Notes: generated by a model from the sequence alone, not told the origin. A stretch of 58,197 bases of DNA from Patescibacteria group bacterium (GCA_041665545.1 JBAYIQ010000005.1:1-58197), one strand, 5' to 3'. Shown: positions 8,924 to 15,345, numbered from the stretch's first letter. Program-made: numbers and translations.

Positions 8924-10126
8924 TTAATTTAATTTATTTTGCCAATCTTTAATATAATTTTTATAGGCCTCAAGGTTTGTGTCCCCAATTGATTTTTGAG
9001 CGGGCATATCTAGGGTCATGGGATTTATTTTTGTCCCGTTTTTGACTATCTCATAATGCAAATGTGGGCCAGTAGACAAACCAGTGGATCCGACTTTGCC
9101 AATAGTCTGCCCCTGTTTTACTGCCTGTCCAACTTTTACCAAAATCTTACTCATGTGCCCGTAGTTTGTGCTATAGGTACTATTGTGCCTGATAGTTACC
9201 AAATTTCCATACCCCGCCCTACTCCAACCAGCACTTGTGACCACGCCATCACCTACTGTCTTGATCGGTGTGCCAAGAGCGGCCGCATAATCAATGGCTC
9301 GATGTCCGGTGCTGATATTGAAAGCCGAGATATATCGCTTACCGGTCGTGAAGCCCGAGCTGATGTAACGAAAGTCTACTGGATTTTTCAAAAATATTTT
9401 TTCTAGTGACTTACCTTCTGGATCATAGTAGCCATCAATCAGCTCATTATCATCGCCTGTCCCTTCATTATAATAAAATCCCTCCACGACTTTGCCATCA
9501 TTGACAAAGCGAGCAGCCATTACCTGACCCGGCATTACATACTGGCCATTTCTATAACGCTCCTCATAAATAAATTTATAAGTATCCCCCTGTCTGATGC
9601 CCATACCAAAATCAATGCTCCAAGCAAAAACATCAGCCAAGGCAATAATCGCCCGTTCATCAATACCTTGAGCCATAGCTGATTCATATAGTGAACTATC
9701 AATCGAGCCACTGACTGTCTTTATTTTTATTTCGTAATCAATCTTTTTTCTTTCAGATCTATAAGCGCCGTCAATCAAATCAATATATAGCTCTTCTTCT
9801 GAGCTAATAGCGTAAACCATTTGCCGTAACTCGCTGGTTTGCTTATCAAAGAAAAATTTTATCTCTTTACCAGCCCTGATGCTAGCCAAATCATAAATAT
9901 CTTTTGAGGCCGTAATCAAGCCATTGGTGGTGCTAGCTGATAGACCAGCATTTTCAGTAATGACTGAAAAAGTATCACCCGGATTGATAATCACCGACAC
10001 TTCTCTATACTTTGACTCTGGAGCTGGGCTTGAATCCTGGCTAAAAACGCTGTTTTTGGGTAAAAAATAAATAACGGCGCCAGCCGCCAAAAATATAAGG
10101 GCAATTATAATACTTTTTTTCAGCAT
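8924..10126 (-). CDS. M23 family metallopeptidase (secreted or membrane-anchored)
   Basis: 400 aa with an N-terminal signal/anchor and the M23 motifs HRAIDYAA and GPHLHYEI. Confidence 0.85.
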   Translation of the reverse strand: MLKKSIIIALIFLAAGAVIYFLPKNSVFSQDSSPAPESKYREVSVIINPGDTFSVITENAGLSASTTNGLITASKDIYDLASIRAGKEIKFFFDKQTSELRQMVYAISSEEELYIDLIDGAYRSERKKIDYEIKIKTVSGSIDSSLYESAMAQGIDERAIIALADVFAWSIDFGMGIRQGDTYKFIYEERYRNGQYVMPGQVMAARFVNDGKVVEGFYYNEGTGDDNELIDGYYDPEGKSLEKIFLKNPVDFRYISSGFTTGKRYISAFNISTGHRAIDYAAALGTPIKTVGDGVVTSAGWSRAGYGNLVTIRHNSTYSTNYGHMSKILVKVGQAVKQGQTIGKVGSTGLSTGPHLHYEIVKNGTKINPMTLDMPAQKSIGDTNLEAYKNYIKDWQNKLN

Positions 10127-10201
10127 ATACTATATTTTAATTAAATTATACGATTTTAGCAAACCCTATGAAAAGAGCTGGATATTATATATAATTATGC
10201 T

Positions 10202-11329
10202 ATGCGGAAAATAGGCCAAAAGCGACTAATAGTGTACCCCTTTTTGTTGGGTGCGGCTTTTATGCTGGCTAGTGATTTGCCTTTGGCACGCATTAGCTAC
10301 CCCAATGCCGACAGGACAAACCCCTCAAGCTCTACTCCGGAAAAAATATTACATTTAAAAAAACCCGACTACGTGCGGGGAATTTATCTGACTGCCTCAT
10401 CAGCCGGTAATGACAGCTACCGCCAAAAACTTATTGTTAATTTAAAAAAGGGCTACATCAATAGCGTGGTAATTGATATCAAAGATTATTCTGGCTACAT
10501 ACTTTATGATACTCAAGTTGCTGAAGTAAATGAAATCCAAGGAAAAAAAATAAGAATGGACGTCGACCAAGTAATTGATGATTTCCATGAGGTTGGAATA
10601 TACACCATAGCTCGTCAGACTGTTTTCCAAGATCCGGTTTTGGCGGAGGCCAAACCTGAGCTGGCTATGCACACCAAGGCAGGAAATATCTGGCGTGATA
10701 ACAAAAATTTGGCCTGGCTTGACCCTGGCAATGAAAAAGTGTGGGAATATAATTTGGCTATATCCCGCGAAGCAATACTTTTGGGTTTTGATGAAATTAA
10801 TTTTGACTACATGCGCTATCCCAGTGACGGCCCTATGTCTAGTCTGGACTACAACTTGCCACCCGAAAAACAAAAATACGATGTCATGAAAAGTTTTTAC
10901 CAATACTTATCCAAAAATATTTCTGGTCTGACGCCAATTTCTGTAGACATGTTTGGCTTGGTCATGGACAATGTCAAAGATAATTATGATTTAAATATTG
11001 GCCAACGCTTGATTGATGCCTTAGATTATTTTGATGACATTGACCCCATGATGTATGCTTCGCATTACCCCAAAAATTATTTGGGCTATGAAAACTCGGC
11101 CGAGCATCCGGGTGAAGTAGTCGCCTATGGACTAAAGATCAGTCAGGCCACCACTACCAATCGTCGAGCCAAAATCAGGCCTTGGTTGCAGGCCTTTTCT
11201 ATTGGTGCTGTCTATGACCAAGAAAAAATAAAAGCGCAAATCAGGGCCACTGAAGCAGCTACCAGCACTTCTGGCTGGCTATTTTGGAATGCCCGCAATG
11301 TTTATGCGGATTATATGTTTGTAGAATAA
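10202..11329 (+). CDS. Putative glycoside-hydrolase-like TIM-barrel protein (DUF4015-like)
   Basis: 375 aa with an N-terminal anchor. The strings VRGIYLTASSAG, NSVVIDIKDYSG and GFDEINFDYMRYP match my recollection of the DUF4015 family. Not checked by search. Confidence 0.5.
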   Translation: MRKIGQKRLIVYPFLLGAAFMLASDLPLARISYPNADRTNPSSSTPEKILHLKKPDYVRGIYLTASSAGNDSYRQKLIVNLKKGYINSVVIDIKDYSGYILYDTQVAEVNEIQGKKIRMDVDQVIDDFHEVGIYTIARQTVFQDPVLAEAKPELAMHTKAGNIWRDNKNLAWLDPGNEKVWEYNLAISREAILLGFDEINFDYMRYPSDGPMSSLDYNLPPEKQKYDVMKSFYQYLSKNISGLTPISVDMFGLVMDNVKDNYDLNIGQRLIDALDYFDDIDPMMYASHYPKNYLGYENSAEHPGEVVAYGLKISQATTTNRRAKIRPWLQAFSIGAVYDQEKIKAQIRATEAATSTSGWLFWNARNVYADYMFVE

Positions 11330-11331
11330 AA

Positions 11332-12087
11332 TTAGTCGCCTATTTCAATACCCACTGGACAATGATCTGAGCCCAAAACCTCATTTAAAATAAACGCTTG
11401 CTTTATTTTTTTTATAATATTTTTTGAGACACAAAAATAATCAATGCGCCAACCCACATTTCTGACCCTAGCTCCAGCCCGATAGCTCCACCAAGAGTAC
11501 TGAATTTTATTAGGATGAAGCATACGATACGTATCTTTGAAACCAGAGAAAAAAAATTTATCCATCCACGCTCGCTCTTGAGGACTGAAGCCAGCACTAT
11601 GAATATTTTCTTTTGGCCGAGCCAAATCAATTTCCTGATGAGCCACATTAAAATCGCCACAAACTATTAGTGGTTTTTTTGTGGCTAATTTTTTTAAATA
11701 GGCCAACAACTTGTCATTCCATTTTATTTTCCAAGGCAGACGCCTCAAATCATCTTGAGCATTAGGAAAATAAATATTTACTAAATAATATTTGCCGATA
11801 TCCAAAACCAATATTCTACCCTCATCATCCCATGATAATTTTGGCAGGGCTCTGGCCACCAAACCATCTCTGACCAAAATTGCTGTGCCACTATATCCTG
11901 GCCTTTCCGCTGGATTCCAAAACTCTTGATAGCCCGCAAAATCAAACTGCTCTTTGTCTCTGGCGCTATGTGATATTTTTATTTCCTGCAAACACAAAAA
12001 ATCGCTTTGGGATTTTTTTAGAAAACTAATAAATCCTTTTTTAACAATTGCCCTAATACCATTTACATTAAACGATAAAATTCGCAT
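11332..12087 (-). CDS. xth: Exodeoxyribonuclease III / AP endonuclease
   Basis: I trimmed the start to MRILSFNVNGIRA..., the canonical ExoIII N-terminus. The C-terminus has SDHCPV. The 12 extra codons in the ORF track (to 12123) run into an inverted-repeat element. Confidence 0.85.
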   Translation of the reverse strand: MRILSFNVNGIRAIVKKGFISFLKKSQSDFLCLQEIKISHSARDKEQFDFAGYQEFWNPAERPGYSGTAILVRDGLVARALPKLSWDDEGRILVLDIGKYYLVNIYFPNAQDDLRRLPWKIKWNDKLLAYLKKLATKKPLIVCGDFNVAHQEIDLARPKENIHSAGFSPQERAWMDKFFFSGFKDTYRMLHPNKIQYSWWSYRAGARVRNVGWRIDYFCVSKNIIKKIKQAFILNEVLGSDHCPVGIEIGD

Positions 12088-12193
12088 CCCGTTAGAAATT
12101 CTCTTTACACTTTTTTCTGCCATAAAATTAAATATACCCTATTATTTTACTGATGATTATACGGCCTGCTAAAATAAATTTCTAACGGGACGC
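12084..12193. repeat. ~110-bp inverted-repeat intergenic element, copy B
   Basis: Arms are GCATCCCGTTAGAAATT (12084-12100) and AATTTCTAACGGGACGC (12177-12193), with one mismatch. The left arm contains the xth ATG. Confidence 0.8.
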
Positions 12194-12382
12194 ATAAAAA
12201 TTATTTTACTTTTTGTTGTCGCACTGTCAAACTACGCCGAATTATAAAATTCGAGGGGGTGCGGTAAGCAGGCCGTCCTTTTCTATTGCCAACTTTATGG
12301 TGCTGTTTCATGTTATAATTATAGCACATCATTGAATAATGACTCTATTACAGTAGCCAAGCGGGTTAATGAGATAGTGGCA

Positions 12383-12411
12383 TTGACTTTATGTAATATA
12401 TATTGTAAAAT
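12383..12411 (+). promoter_or_regulatory. Sigma70-type promoter of the tRNA cluster
   Basis: TTGACT (12383-12388), 17 nt, TAAAAT (12406-12411). Confidence 0.65.
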
Positions 12412-12428
12412 CATCTGTGTTTAATTGA

Positions 12429-12482
12429 GCCGAAGTGGCCCGCCCGGCGCGCCAATGGCGCACCTTTGGCGGATGAGTAGCT
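12429..12482 (+). ncRNA. Leader module: copy of tRNA-Leu nt 1-11 plus a GC-rich nested hairpin
   Basis: GCCGAAGTGGC (12429-12439) is identical to 12543-12553. It is followed by CCGCC-CG-GCGCC-AAT-GGCGC-ACCTTT-GGCGG. Confidence 0.6.
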
Positions 12483-12542
12483 TGTTTCAATCAACTTTGG
12501 TTTAATTAAAAAAGCACGCTTAGAATTTATAATTTACTTTAA

Positions 12543-12629
12543 GCCGAAGTGGCGGAACTGGCAGACGCGCTGGACTCAAAATCCAGTGACCGCAAGGTCG
12601 TGGAGGTTCAAGTCCTCTCTTCGGTACCA
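12543..12629 (+). tRNA. tRNA-Leu(CAA), class II, CCA encoded
   Basis: Cloverleaf folded by hand. Acceptor GCCGAAG/CTTCGGT, anticodon loop CTCAAAA, long variable arm, T-loop TTCAAGT. Confidence 0.9.
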
Positions 12630-12784
12630 CTCGATTCGCCTTTTGCTTCGCAAAAGTCTCACTCGCGGTCTACGGTGCTTATCGCACCTCCGACCATTTC
12701 ACAATAAATAATCGAGTGCCCTGCCATTCGGCCCTGAGGGGCCTCAGGCCCTGAACGGGAGCGAACGAAGTGAGTCGAAGGGCA
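12630..12784 (+). ncRNA. Conserved structured RNA directly 3' of CCA, copy 1
   Basis: Long-range stem CACTCGATT / AATCGAGTG that includes C75-A76 of the tRNA. Hairpin CTTTTGC-TTC-GCAAAAG. Hairpin GGTC..GGTGC-TTATC-GCACC..GACC. A further GC-rich hairpin has a GAGCGAACGAAGTGAGTCGA core. Confidence 0.6.
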
Positions 12785-12796
12785 TAAACAATTTCA

Positions 12797-12843
12797 GGGC
12801 CGTTAGCTCAGTTTCGCCCACAGGGCGACCACCCAGTGGGTGG
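12797..12843 (+). ncRNA. Leader module: copy of tRNA-Ala nt 1-17 plus two GC hairpins
   Basis: GGGCCGTTAGCTCAGTT (12797-12813) is identical to 12895-12911. It is followed by TCGCCC-ACA-GGGCGA and CCACCC-AGT-GGGTGG. Confidence 0.6.
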
Positions 12844-12894
12844 GGCTAGTCATGTTGATTTGCTCATTAAAGTTTTTACAAAAAATTATTCTTT

Positions 12895-12971
12895 GGGCCG
12901 TTAGCTCAGTTGGCTAGAGCGCTTCCATGGCATGGAAGAGGTCGCAGGTTCGACCCCTGTACGGTCCACCA
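12895..12971 (+). tRNA. tRNA-Ala(GGC), CCA encoded
   Basis: 77-nt hand-folded cloverleaf with the G3:U70 identity pair and anticodon loop ATGGCAT. Confidence 0.9.
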
Positions 12972-13061
12972 TAAACCATTCGCTACGCTCAGGTTTATGG
13001 CACTGCCATTTTATTTAGGGCAGCGCCGTGAACTTGAGGAGCGTAAGCGACGAATAGTTCA

Positions 13062-13138
13062 CGGGGTGTGGCGCAGTTGGCTAGCGCGCACGCATGGGGT
13101 GCGTGAGGCCGGAGGTTCAAGTCCTCTCACCCCGACCA
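13062..13138 (+). tRNA. tRNA-Pro(GGG), CCA encoded
   Basis: 77 nt. Acceptor CGGGGTG/CACCCCG, anticodon loop ATGGGGT with G37. Confidence 0.9.
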
Positions 13139-13155
13139 ATTTATAAATTAATCGG

Positions 13156-13233
13156 GGCAGGGTAGCTCAGTTTGGTTAGAGCGTGGGACTCATAAGCCCG
13201 AGGTCGTGGGTTCGATCCCCACCCCTGCTACCA
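13156..13233 (+). tRNA. tRNA with CAU anticodon (elongator Met or Ile2; not resolvable by eye)
   Basis: 78 nt. Acceptor GGCAGGG/CCCTGCT, anticodon loop CTCATAA. Positions 31:39 are an A-G mismatch. Confidence 0.8.
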
Positions 13234-13342
13234 CTCGATTCGCCTTTTGCTCCGCAAAAGTCTCACTCGTGGTCTCCGGTGCTTATCGCACCTCCGACCA
13301 TTCTCCATATCATGAATCGAGTGTTCCGAGCGAAGTCGAGGG
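13234..13342 (+). ncRNA. Conserved structured RNA directly 3' of CCA, copy 2
   Basis: Near-identical to copy 1 across the core (CTCGATTCGCCTTTTGCTCCGCAAAAGTCTCACTCGTGGTCTCCGGTGCTTATCGCACCTCCGACCATT...GAATCGAGTG), plus a GAGCGAAGTCGA hairpin. Confidence 0.6.
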
Positions 13343-13406
13343 ACATGAGATAAAGAGAAGCGCATCGAGGGACACGAGAAATCACCATTCTCCAAAAAAA
13401 AACGGT

Positions 13407-13652
13407 ATGAAAAAATTTTTCTTTTATTTTGCCCGATGTAACGATAATACCCTTTATGCTGGTTACACAAATAATATAAAAAATAGAGAAATAAAACACA
13501 ACGACGGTAAGGGCGCAAAATACACTAAATGTAGATTACCAATAAAAATAATATACTGGGAGAAATTTGATACCAGGATTGAAGCCATGAAACGGGAAGC
13601 ACAAGTAAAACGTTGGAGTAAAATAAAAAAAGAAAAATTAATAAAAAATTAA
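13407..13652 (+). CDS. Mini GIY-YIG nuclease-family protein (81 aa)
   Basis: MKKFFFYFARCNDNTLYAGYTNNIKNREIKHN... has GIY-YIG-type motifs (LYAGYT, R..H, and a Glu in REAQVKRWS). I trimmed the track ORF 13206..13652 to the Met after the tRNA and its trailer. Confidence 0.7.
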   Translation: MKKFFFYFARCNDNTLYAGYTNNIKNREIKHNDGKGAKYTKCRLPIKIIYWEKFDTRIEAMKREAQVKRWSKIKKEKLIKN

Positions 13653-13722
13653 ATTTTTTACGACGCGGGGTAGCCCGCCCGGCACGCCTACGGCGAAGCC
13701 GTGGCGGACGGGAGCAGTACCA
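13653..13722 (+). ncRNA. Leader module: 21-nt copy of the tRNA-fMet 5' flank plus nt 1-10, then a GC-rich nested hairpin
   Basis: ATTTTTTACGACGCGGGGTAG (13653-13673) is identical to 13987-14007. The following CCCGCCCGGCACGCCTACGGCGAAGCCGTGGCGGA aligns with the Leu module. Confidence 0.6.
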
Positions 13723-13736
13723 CACTGAATATGCAT

Positions 13737-13985
13737 ATGAAAATATTACTTTTTTATACTTATGTCCTAAAAAGTAAAAAAGATAACAAATTGTATGTTG
13801 GATATACCGATAATCTAAACAAAAGAATCCAAAAACATAATGATGGAAAAGTTGAATCAACAAAAAATAGAAGACCATTTACATTATTATATTTTGAAGC
13901 TTGCCTAGATAAGTATAAAGCAATAAAAAGAGAAAAATATTTTAAAACGGGCTTTGGTAGGAGATTTTTAAAAAGTAGGATATAA
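13737..13985 (+). CDS. Mini GIY-YIG nuclease-family protein (82 aa), paralogue
   Basis: MKILLFYTYVLKSKKDNKLYVGYTDNLNKRIQKHN... with GIY-YIG-type motifs. It lies entirely between the 21-bp direct repeats that flank the tRNA-fMet 5' end. Confidence 0.7.
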   Translation: MKILLFYTYVLKSKKDNKLYVGYTDNLNKRIQKHNDGKVESTKNRRPFTLLYFEACLDKYKAIKREKYFKTGFGRRFLKSRI

Positions 13986-13997
13986 TATTTTTTACGA

Positions 13998-14073
13998 CGC
14001 GGGGTAGAGCAGTTGGCAGCTCGCCAGGCCCATAACCTGGAGGTCGCCGGTTCGAGTCCGGCCCCCGCTACCA
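13998..14073 (+). tRNA. Initiator tRNA-fMet(CAU), CCA encoded
   Basis: 76 nt. C1xU72 mismatch and an A11:U24 pair (initiator hallmarks). Anticodon loop is CCCATAA, so position 33 is C rather than U. Confidence 0.85.
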
Positions 14074-14117
14074 ATTTATACAATCCGAGGTAGCTCAGTG
14101 GTAGAGCAGTTGGCTGT

Positions 14118-14703
14118 ACATTTACATCGTGTATGTGGTATACTTATTGATGTATGCCAGATACAAGAAAATATGTCGATCGTGCTGAGTATTTAAAACA
14201 AGCAGTTGCTAAACGTCGTAAAGATGTGAAAATAATGCTTGTAAAATATAAGGGCGGTAAGTGTAAGACTTGTGGCTATAAAAAATCCGTAGAAGCTCTT
14301 GAGTTCCATCATATAAATGAAAGAAAAAAGAAGTTTGGAATTTCTGGGCAAGGATTAACTAGATCTTGGAAAAGTGTAAAGCAGGAAGCTGATAAATGCA
14401 TCTTGCTTTGCGCAAATTGCCACAGGGAATTGCACGCAAAATAGTGCAGCTTCCTCAAGTAATTGAGGTTGACAAACGGGGTGAACTGTCCCGCAAAACG
14501 GGAGCCCGCCAAAGGCGGTGCCGGGAAGCCTAAGTCTAAAAGATATGGTAATCCGCAGCCAAGCCCTGAACCAGATGGTTCAGGGAAGGTTCAGAGACTA
14601 TCCGAAAGGAGTAGGCAGTATTTACTAGCCGAAGCGCCCCGCATCCTAAAAAATTATAGGATGATGATATAGTCCATCCCTTTAGGAAACTTAAGGATCG
14701 ATG
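14118..14703 (+). mobile_element. Group I intron carrying an HNH ORF
   Basis: The 5' exon ends in U and the intron ends in G. Core strings CCGCAGCCAAGCCC (14553-14566), GTTCAGAGACTA (14589-14600) and GATATAGTCC (14666-14675) match the conserved catalytic-core blocks of Tetrahymena/Azoarcus-type introns as I remember them. I did not confidently identify P1 or the internal guide sequence by eye, so boundaries are accurate to within a few nt. Confidence 0.75.
14154..14444 (+). CDS. HNH homing-endonuclease-like protein (96 aa), intron-encoded
   Basis: CKTCGY...LEFHHINE...LLCANCHRELH is an HNH motif with two CxxC pairs. The ORF lies wholly inside the intron. Confidence 0.8.
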   Translation: MPDTRKYVDRAEYLKQAVAKRRKDVKIMLVKYKGGKCKTCGYKKSVEALEFHHINERKKKFGISGQGLTRSWKSVKQEADKCILLCANCHRELHAK

Positions 14704-14747
14704 TAACCAATTGGTCGTGGGTTCAAATCCCTCCCTCGGAGCCATTA

Positions 14748-14778
14748 AAAAAATATCAACTTCTGTTGGTATTTTTTT
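14748..14778 (+). terminator. Terminator of the tRNA cluster
   Basis: Hairpin AAATATCAAC-TTCT-GTTGGTATTT followed by a T-run, immediately after tRNA-Asn. Confidence 0.6.
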
Positions 14779-14907
14779 AATCTTGGCAACACCTCCTTTT
14801 AGTCGGAAAAATTATTTATTCATTCCAAATTTTATGCCGAAGCCAAATAAAAAACCATCCTGAGTGTAAGTCGAAGGATGATTTTTTATTTTTAGTCGAT
14901 AAGTAAT

Positions 14908-15264
14908 TTACTTATCTTGTTCGTCAAGTTTGACAGCGGCTTCAGGGGTGGTAACTGATTTACTCATAACTAGGCCTTTGATAATTGCCCAGGCAATCAG
15001 CCAGTATACCAGCATAGCAAGCAAGGTTGTCCATTCCATCACGCTACCTTCCACGCGTGATATTCTGAAAACACTTAGGAATGGCCCGGCAAAAGGTGTA
15101 GTAACAACGTAAATAAAATGAGAAAAACCGGCTACTGGATTTGCGCCCAAAAATTTAAGCACAAAACGGAAGGCCAGTAAAACTTCAATGATCCCTAAAA
15201 TATACCAAACAACTTGCGTAATACGGAAAAGGGGCTTGGTACGAGGAGAATTAATTGCATCCAT
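14908..15264 (-). CDS. YggT-family membrane protein
   Basis: I trimmed the start to MDAINSPRTKPL.... The strings RFVLKFLGANP...FIYVVTTPFAGPF resemble the YggT/Ycf19 pattern. Confidence 0.6.
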   Translation of the reverse strand: MDAINSPRTKPLFRITQVVWYILGIIEVLLAFRFVLKFLGANPVAGFSHFIYVVTTPFAGPFLSVFRISRVEGSVMEWTTLLAMLVYWLIAWAIIKGLVMSKSVTTPEAAVKLDEQDK

Positions 15265-15345
15265 AATATTTTTATTAATAATAATTATAATAAAAACCAA
15301 AGAACAATACTAAATTTAAAAAAATTTTAATTTTACTACCAAGGG

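Larger units (their letters stand above)
14084..14744 (+). tRNA. tRNA-Asn(GUU) interrupted by a 586-nt group I intron
   Basis: Exons 14084-14117 and 14704-14744 join into a 75-nt cloverleaf. Acceptor TCCGAGG/CCTCGGA, anticodon loop CTGT|TAA. It closely resembles Bacillus-type tRNA-Asn as I recall it. There is one U-U mismatch in the T stem. Confidence 0.8.

Noticed and set aside
12088-12123. Twelve extra N-terminal codons of xth in the ORF track (MAEKSVKRISNG)
   Set aside because: ExoIII-family proteins start at the M(K/R)..S.N.NG motif. The extension is simply the inverted-repeat arm read in frame (ISNGMR = ATTTCTAACGGGATGCG).
12470-12482. GGATGAG after the Leu leader hairpin as a possible hammerhead CUGAUGA core
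   Set aside because: It is not an exact match (CGGAUGA). No GAAA element or three-stem arrangement is identifiable nearby. The fMet homologue reads GGACGGGAG.
14505-14520. Shared GCCCGCC...GGCGG string between the tRNA leader GC modules and a hairpin of the tRNA-Asn group I intron, hinting that the modules are intron fragments
   Set aside because: The similarity is only ~7 nt plus a generic GC stem. The modules sit at tRNA positions 10-17, not in the anticodon loop, and lack the other core blocks. This is too weak to claim.
12910-14745. ORFs laid over the tRNA array (12910..13146+, the first 67 codons of 13206..13652+, 13228..13518-, 13525..13878-, 13760..14083-, 14463..14672+, 14536..14745-)
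   Set aside because: They read through tRNA genes, structured spacers or the intron core, and their translations look like tRNA-derived artefacts. Only the GIY-YIG and HNH portions have protein motifs.
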